Positions 38,301 to 58,030 of a DNA stretch of 64,000 nt are shown here, piece after piece. Each line of letters starts with the position of its first letter. Positions within the stretch are counted from its first letter, which is position 1. Origin of the DNA: Trichoplax sp. H2 (Eukaryota); assembly GCA_003344405.1 (NCBI GenBank), contig NOWV01000001.1:372001-436000 (forward strand), given 5' to 3'. Under the pieces are notes generated by a model. The model was not told where the DNA came from and made no database searches. It saw only the letters and a program-made list of their open reading frames with translations. The position numbers were made by a program, and so were the translations under genes.

Positions 38301-40210
38301 GCCTAATTCAATCACGCGCTAATGCATATACAACGTAGCAAGAATTTGTATACCCAGTCGATCAAGCTCAACCATGGTTAAATCATATTAAGGCAGCGAA
38401 TTTTAATTTAGTGAAAAAGTCTTTCTTAGATAAAAATGGCGAATTAAATTGAATTGAATGTATCCTGTAAAGTAATCATGTTGAACAAGCTACTGATAAA
38501 GTGTTGCTGTTTTACTGTTAGAGAGCTACTCCTGCCATTCGCGAGTAGTGAAAATTAACAAGAAAAGAGAATAATGAGTAGATCAATATGTTTGCTAATG
38601 TACAAGTAAAATTGATCCAAACAGACACAACAATAAGCTAACTAGAATGAATTACTGCTGGCATCCATTAACCTTGTTGCATGCGTATATAATTATCAAT
38701 GAGCCTAATGGAATAAATGATTAGTCAATGATCTGTCCCAATTGGATGGATGTGAAATTGCGTAAGATGTAAACCAGCTGAACTGCATACACTATTTCCT
38801 AGCAGTAACTATTTGGGTCTTGATGTTAAAGGGCGACTGGACAGATCACTTAATGGAATAAATGATTAGTCAATGATCTGTCCCAATTGGATGGATGTGA
38901 AATTGCGTAAGATGTAAACCAGCTGAACTGCACACACTATTTCCTAGCAGTGAGTACAGTAATTGGGTCTTGATGTTCGGATGATTCGAGAGATAACTGG
39001 AAGGGAGAGCAAATCCCTTGATGGTTTTATTATTGATTGGCAGCTTAACGGGGTACAACGGATAAAAAAGCCTTAGGATGATCAACCATGGAAGAATGAG
39101 CATGGGGATGAGAAATGAAAGTCATCTTTGACTATAAGCCATTCTTGTTATGATCATCGTAAGTGATAGGATATATCACCTTGACAGTGTGTTTGCGTCT
39201 CTACTCAGGTAGTTTGAAATTGGATTCGGTAGCTTGTACTCTATTGTTGTCGTCGAATGTTAGGGTTATCAGTAGATAGTGTAGAATCCAGTAGAATGCT
39301 TGTCATGATGATTGAGATAGCAATGATGATGATCATCATTGCATGGACAGGATTCAATGAATTCTCTATACTGTACACTTGGGTTTATGTTACAGGGATT
39401 GCTTAATGAAAGGAGCAGAACTACTCCTAAGGCAATGGTTATGAACGTTAATAACTTCTTACGGTACAGTGATGTTATCACTTTTATCCTAATTTGCCAT
39501 TGCAAGCTGTACTTACTCTACTCAATCTCTTACCATGACTGGTAGACTAGCAATAAGATATTTTAGTTTATGGTGATTCTGTTTCTTCAGTCACTAACTT
39601 CAAATTTGACATTGAAATAGTTGTTATGAATTATCCATGTGAGTAAGCAGTCGTCTTGCTATGACATTTTTATCGTAATTTACCATTGCAAGCTCTATTC
39701 TTTCTACTCTATCCCTTAAAATGACTGATAGACTAGCAATAAGATATCTTAGTCAATGATAAGTCTGTTTTTTTTGTAGCACCTAGCTTCAAATTTAAAA
39801 TTGAAATGGTTGTTATTGTCCATGTGAGTAGGCATTCATCTTGAATAGTCATAACAACCATATGGGAAAATATCATCCTTCAACCGACTGCTATCCAACG
39901 TGCATTTGTTCTATAGCTTTTTACTCATCAATAACATTTGTATCAAAGTAGAAGATAGACTACTAGAGTGAACTATAATGTATGGAATTAGAAATAGATG
40001 GAAATACATGCTTTTTCCTTTTTTCAAAGAGAGAAAAGTAAAATGGCAAAGACTTACTCGATGATTCCATAAGCAGACCGTTGTAGCTGAAACTGTGGCA
40101 ATAACACGACGTTCTCGACTGGAACGCACTGCCAATATTGGACCAATATTCTTGATGCTGCTAGTCTTGCTAGCGCTAAATTTTTTCGGCCAACCGACTG
40201 CGTAATACAT
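29364..40210 (-). CDS. RIC1: RIC1, RAB6 guanine-nucleotide exchange factor subunit (multi-exon)
   Basis: Exon 1 40210-40058 ([10 protein letters not shown]...), exon 2 37884-37777, exon 3 37014-36926. Beta-propeller motif [13 protein letters not shown]...WTVFGS (~35.6 kb). RIC1 domain [21 protein letters not shown] (~32.3 kb), [23 protein letters not shown] (~32.0 kb), [12 protein letters not shown] (~31.8 kb). The last exon CYGYRKF...DCIIS* ends at 29364. I did not resolve every internal boundary to the base. Confidence 0.93.
38706..38977. repeat. Direct duplication, period 145 bp, RIC1 intron 1
   Basis: TAATGGAATAAATGATTAGTCAATGATCTGTCCCAATTGG...TTTCCTAGCAGT...GGGTCTTGATGTT starts at 38706 and 38851; the copies are nearly identical. 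Confidence 0.93.
39479..39843. repeat. Diverged direct duplication, period ~186 bp, RIC1 intron 1
   Basis: Shared blocks CCATTGCAAGCT, TAGACTAGCAATAAGATAT, CTTCAAATTT, ATTGAAAT and TCCATGTGAGTA occur in the same order in 39479-39658 and 39665-39843. Confidence 0.85.
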
Positions 40211-41780
40211 GAACGATTCCTGGACTACTAATAGAGCAATAACTTTGTAAAATAACGCAGCGGTGGCTATTTACTTGAAGCAAGAGAGAGAGGAAAAAAT
40301 GGAGAAAGTAGAGCCTACTGTGATGGTTTTGCGGCATCAATGCTTTGACTACCAATAGTGCTAAACTTACCACCGGATCCGATCGAGACCTGGCCTTGCC
40401 TTGGCTCCAACACCCTACAGTATTGTATGGCATGGGAGTGTAGTTGCAGTAGTGGGCCTGGATGGGCCCAGATTGCAGTACAGTCGATTCAAGTACTGTA
40501 CACTGTACACTGTGTACAGTACAGTCAATGTAGGCCCATGACATTATTTTTGCTAGCCGTCGATCTTGACGGTGCTCTACCGCCTACTATAGCACAGTAT
40601 CCAGTGTAACGATCTACTGTATCGTATTACTGTTGAAGCTTGATGGGAACATTTGACACTTGGATGGCCTAATGCATACAGTACGTTAATTTAGTCTACA
40701 ATCGCTCGCAAAAATAATGTCGCCTTACAGGTCCACAGTGTAACACCAACCAGACCATTTGTACCATTTGTATAGTCAAACTTGAGCTTCAAACTTGAGC
40801 TTCAAACTTGAGCTTCAAACTTGAGCTTCAGACTTGAGCTTCAGACTTGAGCTTCAGACTTGAGCTTCAGACTCAGCTTCAGACAGAAGCTTCAGACTTG
40901 AGCTTCAGACTCAGCTTCAGACACAAGCTTCAGACTGAAGCTTCAGACTCAGCTTCAGACAGAAGCTTCAGACTTGAGCTTCAGGCTCAGCTTCAGACAG
41001 AAGCTTCAGACTCACAGGTCCACAGTGTAACACCAACTAGACCATTTGTATAGTCAAGCTTGAGCTTCAGACTTGAGCTTCAGACAGAAACTTCAGACTT
41101 CAGCTTCAGACTTCAGCTTCAGACTCAGCTTCAGATAGAAGCTTCAGACTTGAGCTTCAGACAGATACTCCTTGTCCAGTCCACTACAGTACACTGAGTA
41201 CAGTACTGTACAGTATAGTGGATTGCAGTTACAGTAAAAGTACTGTACGAACATTGCACAGTACAGTACAGTACAAGTCATTCGTGCCAACACCAACTTC
41301 GACATTTTGTAACGGTACTGTACACTGTAGCGTATAGTCAATTAGTCATTAGTCAAGCAGTAGCCTCAGACAGATGCTGTACTGTACTCGGTTTCGTCGA
41401 CTGGACTCCTGCTATGGACTACCAGCCAGAGTGCAACCGGTACTGGACTCCAATTTTCATACTAAAACCACTTAGAACGATACTCCATACGCCATGACGG
41501 CAATCGCTCTCTCCGATCGCACATGTACAGTTGTAGTCTTCTACTCGCATACTTGGCATGACTGGACAGCTGACGTCCTCTATACAGACTGAAGACAGCC
41601 CGAGAGAGCGTCAACCACGGTACAGAGTGAGTGACTCTAGCAGTCGTCAAGCCTGGCGACATTCATTCGTGCAAGCTTGACCCTTCCTTGCACTTCACCA
41701 GTGGCCTTTGCTTTCTTTCATCAAATCATTCAGCTTGTTACAGCAGATTGACTATCAGGTAGTCTGCAAGCGATTGGATC
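40211..41780. promoter_or_regulatory. Putative bidirectional promoter region, RIC1 (-) / DOT1L (+)
   Basis: 1570 bp between divergent start codons. Locally more GC-rich. CTGTA/TACAG patches at ~40476-40530 and ~41180-41390 flank a central minisatellite. Confidence 0.7.
40727..41161. repeat. Composite minisatellite: two copies of a ~45 bp leader, each followed by an array of 12-13 bp units (core AGCTTCAGA)
   Basis: Leader ACAGGTCCACAGTGTAACACCAAC(C/T)AGACCATTTGTA..TAGTCAA at 40727 and 41014. I count 18 units at 40781-41010 and 8 units at 41059-41161 (CTTGAGCTTCA(A/G)A, CTCAGCTTCAGA, CAGAAGCTTCAGA and variants). Confidence 0.95.
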
Positions 41781-50049
<8,269 letters not shown>

Positions 50050-51114
50050 AGATCTTTATGACCGAAATGAGGATTACCAAAAGAACGATACGATTAACTT
50101 CTATTAATGTGATATTTAAGTTGTAGAAAGAAATTTATGTAAATATTATACAGTTGACTGCAAGTTTATACGAATGTTACCGATACTATGCAAATAGAAC
50201 GCATTTTAGAAACATTCAAGTGATAACTGAAGAGTGTTTGAAAAATTTTTCTTTTATCGCAGTCTCTCCAACAAGATTCTTACTATATTATATTGTTTAA
50301 GAAGCGATTTACTCTCCATATTGTGCTGTACTCTGTAAATTGCTCCTTAGATCGTTATTTAATTTCGAAAGATAATTGACGTCAAAATACTTGATAGCCT
50401 CGAACGTGAATTATCCAAATTTCAGGCCTACCTCCAGTAGTACTGACGTATTTGTGTTTCAAGCAAACATAGCAAAAAGGTTATTAAATTATTTGTGCTG
50501 TACTATACGCAAGATAGTGAGAAGCTCAGGAATGACCTTAGCGAATATAAAATCACATTATGAACAAAATTGTATGTTTTATGGTACATTAAAAATTGCT
50601 ATAACTTATAAAGATGTTTCTTGCTACGGTAGCAAATGGAAACTAGTGCAGAAATTATGTAATTACTGTGTTACGAAAAATTTTGGCAATAAAATCTAAT
50701 CCGCTGTTAACAATTACCAACTTTATATTACAGGTATACCACAATCTATAATCTTGTATTCGACATATCAATACATGCACTATACGCGTATAAAATCGAT
50801 TGTTCTTTAAACTAATGATTGCAGATAGGACTAATTTTCTAGAAACAAGATAGCGGAGGTTATATCTGAACAACGTACATCTGAGATTCTTGAACTTCGT
50901 CATTTGCTGTTTACAAATTTTGAAGGACGTTCATAATACTGTATATTATCGACATATTCGTGTTCTAACTGTAATAAAACAATCTTTTAATTTTCACTGC
51001 ATTCTTAGGTATTGACAATATGGCCATTTCAGAAGATTACTATTGCAGTACTAAATTGAACTTTAATTTTTGCTTGCATTGCCGCCATGCAAAGAAATTG
51101 GCGCGGGCACTGTT

Positions 51115-52420
51115 TCATTCTCATGCTCAATACAGTATTATGTGTCGATTATATCCTATTAAGGCAAACATTTACCGTACATAATTTAGCTATAGGATCA
51201 AAGTAAACGGAAGTAAAACTTTATAGTAGTGTACTAAAATACTGTATTTTACTTAGCAAACACGTACGCAAAGTCTCATGAGAACGATGTTCGACTATTT
51301 GTTGTGGATTATTATAATTGAGTCCTGTTGTACAGTATTATAACTCGTTACAAGTAGCTATCCTTTCTTTGGGTAGATCTACTTCTCATACTCGATACAA
51401 CATCATACAGTATGTCGACTATAGCCTACAGTATTAACGCAAACGTGTCAGGAGTTAGTTTAGCTAAAAGATCAAACTAATTACACGAGTAAATTACATT
51501 ATATTAAATGATTTTGCCATGCTGCACGATATTATGGTTAGCATTCATTCTTCATACGAGTATAAAGAGTAGATCTGATTCTCATGCTCGATACAGCATA
51601 TGTTAATTATAGCTCATTAACGCAAACATGTCATTAGATTAGCTACAAGATCAAATTAATTATAGGTTATACCCTAATTATCGAGTTGCACGATATTATG
51701 GCTAGTATATACTGGATAGAGAAGATCTCATGGCTGTAAATATTACTTATAGCATTTATAATTTCATTCTTGCATTGATTATTCCTTTAATCTGCACCTA
51801 TGGCAAAAGTTGTAAATCTTATATCTTAGCTGTTAAATAAATATTCACATATATTCTTCAATTAATTAATTATACTATAATTAATTGAAGAATAGATCTC
51901 GCTGCTAAAATGTTACTTATAGCATAATAATTTCATTATTGCATAGAGCACTCCTTCAACAACGCTTATACCAAAATTGTAAATTTTACATTCTAACTAT
52001 TAAATCATTGAGGAGTAGATCTTGCAATTATGAACATTACTTATAACATTAAAACTTCTTTTTCATGCCTAGAGTACTCCTTTAATTGCATGTATAGCAA
52101 ATATAAATCTTGTATCTTAACAACTGAACTACTGAAGAGCGGATCTCTTGGCTATAACCACTACTTATAACATTTACAAATATCTATGCCGTATATTGAA
52201 TCGTTGGAGTAGATCTCGCGGCAGAAATGCTATTTACACAGTAGCACTATAACTTCATTTTTGCATCGAATACTCCTTCACTTGCACCTATAAAGAAATT
52301 GTAAATCTTACATCCTATTTATTGAATTGTTAAGGAGTAGATCTTGTGGCTAAAAGCATTATAATTTCATTTTTGCATAGAACGCTCTTTGAGCTGCGTC
52401 TATGAGGAAGTTGAAATTGT
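51115..52420. repeat. Two adjacent decayed tandem arrays sharing a GAGTAGATCT core (a longer-unit family, then a ~123 bp family)
   Basis: TTCTCAT(G/A)CTC...TTAGCTA...GATCAAA occurs three times (~51118, 51383, 51579). AGATCT-type cores lie at 51723, 51894, 52017, 52141, 52211 and 52339, most followed by TTACTTATA-, TTTCATT- and TTGTAAAT-like blocks. Confidence 0.8.
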
Positions 52421-53266
52421 AGCGTTGTAGCCTATTTGGGAGACTATATCAAAGTAGACCGTGATAGAGGATTGCGCCTCGCTGTAGTGAGATCCTTCAT
52501 GATCTCTACCAATGAATTAATCATGGAACGAAATTGATCTCATTAACTACGATTAAGTAAAATTGGATTTAGTGCAATCGCATGGATCTTATAGAGACGG
52601 TAATACAGCCAATCCTTACTCAACAGACGGGTACTAGGATTCCCCTTTCCTTTAATTCTTATACACCTATAGGAATGTAAATCTAAGACTACATAAGTTA
52701 TTACTATCGATTCCAAGTTGGCCGATGTAGGTTATCTTTCATTCTATTCTATCCATTTCTGGTTAGGAAAGTTAAAGAAGTATCTAGTAGGCTACGTTTC
52801 CACATGAATAGCATAAATGATTTACAGTCATGATGAATATCCACTGTAGGCGATGTATAAATGAGTCTATATCGGCACAAGCTAAAGAGAAAGTAAACTA
52901 GGGCATGCCATGGAGGATAAGGTTCAATATTAAACATTTGGGGACCACATTAACTCTTTCGTTCACATATATACGAGTGCCAGCATAATTAGGTTATTAT
53001 GCTATCGTACAGATAAGCTAAACGATATTAGTTGTACTAATTTAGTTAGCTTTGAGTAGAATACAAATCACCAGTGTCGTCATAATATATCACTATCAAT
53101 ATCAAGTCATGCCCGATAGGCTTGCGGTAGTCAAAGCCATAACTTGAAGAAAAAGAAAGAAATCCGCCTTTATTCAATGGTGGAGGGAACAGAAAGCCAT
53201 CCATAAATCGCCCAGGGCATGAAATCTGCATGCAGACTCGCCAACAAGAATTAATGCCTAGATACT

Positions 53267-53680
53267 CTTCTATTGCTATGCGGCACTAAAATGGAAAAGT
53301 AGACATAAATATCAAAATGATGAATTGAATACAACCGTTCCATTTCCATCAATCTGTTGATGGAAAGATGTCGACATGTTGACTACAAAGATTGCAACCA
53401 TTACTGTACTGCACTCTCTGCTCTCTACAATAAATACAATGAAAACTATGAATAAAAACTGTTTGGCTTGATGGGTCTTCCATTGCTATAGTGTACTACG
53501 ATATGGAAAAGTAGACACAAACACCAGAATGATGAACTGAATACAGACGTCTATTTCTATCATTCCGTTAATAAAAAGATGTTGTCTATAGAGGTGACTA
53601 CCCTTTACAGAACTGCACTGCACTCTCTCCTCCTCTACAACAAATACAAGAAAACGATGGCTAAAAGCCGCTTGGTTTAA
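53267..53680. repeat. Diverged direct duplication, period ~210 bp
   Basis: ATGGAAAAGTAGACA, AATGATGAA(T/C)TGAATACA and ACTGCACTCTCT..CTCTACAA.AAATACAA recur in order at 53267-53472 and 53477-53680. Confidence 0.85.
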
Positions 53681-53829
53681 TTTCTAGAACTAGTCCGAGT
53701 TGTATTTCACCTGTATCGTCAGACTTATCGATGCTCATCGGTAAGGAAATTCTCATCTTAATAAATGTTCAACACTGCAATCATACTAGATACACACTAG
53801 CATAAAAGAGTGATGGCGATTTATTAAAT

Positions 53830-54975
53830 CAGATGACACGCAGAAGAAACATCATTCGATACATCAATATGGTCTACTCTAGTTGACAAACTATTTTGGG
53901 GCAAGAAAGACAACGTCATGCTTGTGCAGTAGACTGAAGAAATGGCGAATGTACTGTAAAGTGATGTCAAGAAGAATTTTGTCTAAACCTTCACCTATAC
54001 TGGTATTAATTAATTATTACTGTAAAATGGTAGCCGTAGTCACAGATTAGTACTCCATCAATGGCGTACCTATATTGACATTTACCTAGCCATTCTAGAT
54101 CATTGCCGTGTGATTATAAACGATCACTGCAAAATAAATTGCAGTCATTGATATTCGTTTCGTTGCTGCATGGTTAAAATTGGACAACCCTTCTATAGTG
54201 GGCAGGAAAACGCTAGCGAAGACAGGACTGTTATGTTAACTGGAATAGAAATTTCCTTGGTGACCATACCGACTATGCAAGATGTCTTAAAGGTCGCTGA
54301 TGGATAAACGTTCCATACTGGAGACCATGAATGCTAGTCGAAACTTTTCAAACCAATCTATCGCCTTTAAAACTATTTTGGCTGCAACTCAATCTGTTCG
54401 TGGCAAAGCAATTGTCCATTCGTTTAACCACTGCAAAAAGCAAGTGAATTTTTTCATCAAGGTCTGAAAACGCTTTCTTCTGCTTACTCAGGCAAACTTC
54501 CATGGAGAACTGTTACATCTTTTGGCCCATGAGTAGCTCATGCTGACGAATTGTCAGTTTCAACTGTAGGCCTTAAAGCAACAGTCGTTGAATTTTAAGA
54601 GCTGCAGCCATAAGCCAGAGGGACTGGGACCAATTCTATTCTAATCAAGCATGGACGCGGTATTGATGAGTCTCTACTCACGCATGCCTGTTGACGAAAA
54701 ATGGCGGATTAAAGGTCAAGAGTTTATACTCAGTGTTGTTAATTAATTTATATTGAACAATTCAGCCCTATGTAAGCAATGTCTGTAATAATTCTTTGTT
54801 TTGTGCTAGACTGTATCATAACATAGAGTACTTAATGAAAAAGCAGTTGCTGCTAAAAATGCCTTCGACTTGTCCAGCACCAGCGTCGAGCAAAATAATG
54901 GCTACACCGAAGGCTACCCCATATTGGTCATGAATGAAAATAACGAATTGATGCAAGATTTTACGGCAAAGTGAG
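53830..54975 (+). pseudogene. Possible decayed coding sequence of unknown family
   Basis: Less AT-rich than the flanks. Protein-like + strand peptides are broken by stops and frameshifts (AEETSFDTSIWSTLVDKLFWGKKDNVMLVQ*, EFFHQGLKTLSSAYSGKLPWRTVTSFGP*, MDAVLMSLYSRMPVDEKWRIKGQEFILS). I recognise no family. Confidence 0.25.
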
Positions 54976-55174
54976 ACAATCTATCTACCATAATGACATT
55001 ATTACTAACAGAGTTTATCCATTCTACCGTATAATATACTTAGAGCATCGTAAATCGAATTAATGATGGCACAGTATCATAGTCAGGTATTATTTTACTA
55101 ACAGCAATACTATACGCTAGGGAAATATTTGCAGTAGGCTGTGGAGGATTGGGTAAAAATGTTTTAGTCAAATG

Positions 55175-55830
55175 ATGGCTATGTCGAAAGCTATTCAATG
55201 AATGCAAACAACAACTGAGTGAGTTTATTTCATGATTAAGAGCGACAAAATTACTTTCTACACGCTATAACGTAGCATCTCTTGACAACAACGTGTTGCA
55301 ATATAAGTATCGAGTAAAATTCTGACTACGGTACGTCCAGTATATCGAAGGCTAGTTAAAACAAGTCAGTCTTAACGACTGAAAAATGAAAGACTTTACT
55401 TCAAGGGCAAGAAGGATAGAATGATTGCGCGAAGCAAGAATTTGAGTATAACCTTTATTGGACGCGACGTGTAGTAAAATAGCAACTATGATGAGTGATT
55501 GAAGTCTACGAAACCAATTGGCCATAAGGTAGAGTAAAATAGTGACTGTGGTGATTGGTTGAAGGTTGCTAAACCAATTGGCCATAACATTGAGTAAAAT
55601 AGTAACTATGGCGAAGGCGACTAAATTAACGTCAAAGTAAACAACGACTGAGTGAAAGATTTTACTACAAGGGCAAGAAGGATAAAATGTTTCAACGAAG
55701 CAAGAATATTGACTACGACGTTTAGTAAAATAGGGACTATCTTGAAATGCTATTGAACCAATTGGCCATAGTATTGCGTAAACTAATAACTATGTCGAGG
55801 GCTATTTAATGAATACAAGCAACGACTGAA
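55175..55830. repeat. Decayed nested tandem repeat (60 bp subunit inside a ~170-270 bp unit) with three AACCAATTGGCCATA copies
   Basis: AAC(G/A)ACTGA at ~55210, 55374, 55643 and 55821. CAAGGGCAAGAAGGATA occurs twice. AACCAATTGGCCATA lies at 55512, 55572 and 55756. Confidence 0.8.
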
Positions 55831-56574
55831 TAAATCATTGGCACAAATTGATCAATTACCATCATCACGCCGTAGCTATTGTCGATGAATGGAGAAACAT
55901 TTCCATCACTCCTCCACGGATTACAGTCGAAGATCGTCGTTGTCTATCCATCTCTGAATTGAATAAGATGCTTTACTTCCGGATTCAACTATATCTACCT
56001 GTGCACCTCTGTAATTACCTTTATCCTATGAAAATGTCGTCGAAGGTTAAAAATCGATTTTCTTTCACCTCCAAAAAATGATCGCCATCATACTGCAAGC
56101 TCCACCTGGTCTGTCGGCATCATCATAAGAGACAATAGTATACTTTACATCTGTATCATCACTAGTCTAGTACCAACCGGAATCCATTAAAAAAAGAATT
56201 TAAACTGCACAGGCTTTCATCAATCGCTGTATTTTAGTAGATGATGAACTAGCTATAGTTATTCAGTTGGGCTATATTCAGATTGAGATTTAGGATTTAG
56301 TTTACAGTATTCTACTAGTGCTATATTCAATGGCCATGAAAATACCAATGACTGCAGAGTGCAATCATCGCCAGCTTGAGCTATCGGCAATCTTGAAATA
56401 CATATGTATGCCTAATATCGATTCATTTATTTATTTATTTACCGTCAAATAGTTACTGATCAACTTTTAGGAATACTGAAGCATTATTTTAAATTGAATG
56501 TATTGCAGCCCAACATTATCATAATAATTTCAATTTTAATAGTAAGCAACCAGCAGTCACATTTCCACGTAGTG

Positions 56575-58030
56575 TCGATTAGAAGGATCCAAGGATCGTT
56601 AGCTTGAGCTGCCCCTAATTTCTATATTGATAATACTGCACTGATTTGGAATAGCTCATCACAACACCAACGATGTCGTAATCTCCTGTGAAATCACACA
56701 GTACTTTTATTTCATTCAAGGAAAATGGTTAATTTATAGTAGTATTGGACCAGACAGTATTGATTAGAATTCAACGATCGAAAACTTGAGATGCTAAACC
56801 GGTGATTTCCAGCTTGATAACTCGTAATAATATCCAATAATATAATAATTAATTTATTACAACCCGATGATTTTTACGCGTAATCTTTTGTGAATACATA
56901 ATCTATTTAATTTCGAGAAAATTGTTGATTTACCCAGTATAGTAGCATACCTTAGAATTGTAGATCTCGCTAAGGCATAGGTATCTACAAGTCTAGGGTA
57001 TTGGTCACGACAGAATCCAACGATAGAAAACTTGAAGTTAACGAGATCTATTTAATTGATAGAGAACTTGAGCTACTGAGCGCTAGTTAATTTAGGAAAA
57101 ATTATTCATTCATCCAGCTGCTGTAGTATTGGGCATAGCAGTGTCGATTGAAATCCAGCTATAGAAACTTGAGCTACCTACGATCTGCTTCCTAAATAAT
57201 TAATCTATCATAATAATATTCAATAATTTATGGCAATATCGACGATCTTGCTAGTAATCTTCTATGAACATTTCAATTTATCATAGTCTTGGGACATGAC
57301 CATGCACTGTATAAGAATCCAATGATCAGAAATTATCGACAATTCACCACTTGACAATCCATTCTACCAATATAGAATACTCCGAAATGGTTCGTCACGA
57401 CATCAATGATCTTACTGGAAAGATTCTATAAATATTAAACTTATTTTAGTACTACAACAATTTTTAATCGTAGCAAGAAGCTGCATCGCCCTATTACACA
57501 TGACAATGTCGATTGAAATCCAACGATCGGAAGCTTGAGCTACCGGTGATTTGCATCTTATCATTAATAATACCAATGCCCATGTAATAACCCTATCCTA
57601 AAATCACCATAACATGGATGATGCTGCTGATAAAGCTTATGAATACTGAATTTATCTTAGTTCAATATCGATTATGCTTTACAATAATTTTAGTATCGAC
57701 GAGAATCCGACGATATCAAGCTTCAGCTACCGTCAATCTGTATCAGGGACTATTGTAGTAAAAGAAAGTGTTTTAGTAGTCCCTATCTGCATCTGGAGCA
57801 TCAAATAATACTCATGTATGTCATAACTCAAAAATAATTCATCACGACACCAGTAGCATGACTGATCCACTTTTACAAATATTGAATTTAGAACAAGTTG
57901 CTAGAAAACAGCGAGCTGCAACGTGTTATTCATCGAAAGCCTAAGCTGTCAGCGATCTACGTCATAGTTTATTAATATCGCTTCTATGTAGTGTATTACC
58001 ATGGAAGAATTCACGGCGCTACCAATAATG
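56575..58030. repeat. Decayed tandem array, ~8 units of ~140-245 bp, core AATCCAACGATCGRAARCTTGAGCTACC
   Basis: Core variants at ~56587, 56768, 57014, 57151, 57316, 57516, 57704 and 57928. Intervening sequences share TCACGACA(C/T)CA-like and TGTCGATT blocks. Confidence 0.75.

Noticed and set aside
40781..41161. CRISPR-like or telomere-like array, and ORF 40847-41053
   Set aside because: There are no unique spacers and no cas genes, the context is eukaryotic, and the unit is not a G-rich telomeric repeat. The ORF is simply the repeat read through.
56575..58030. Repeat-spacer pattern resembling CRISPR
   Set aside because: The cores are degenerate and the intervening sequences are long, uneven and related to each other, which fits a decayed tandem repeat.
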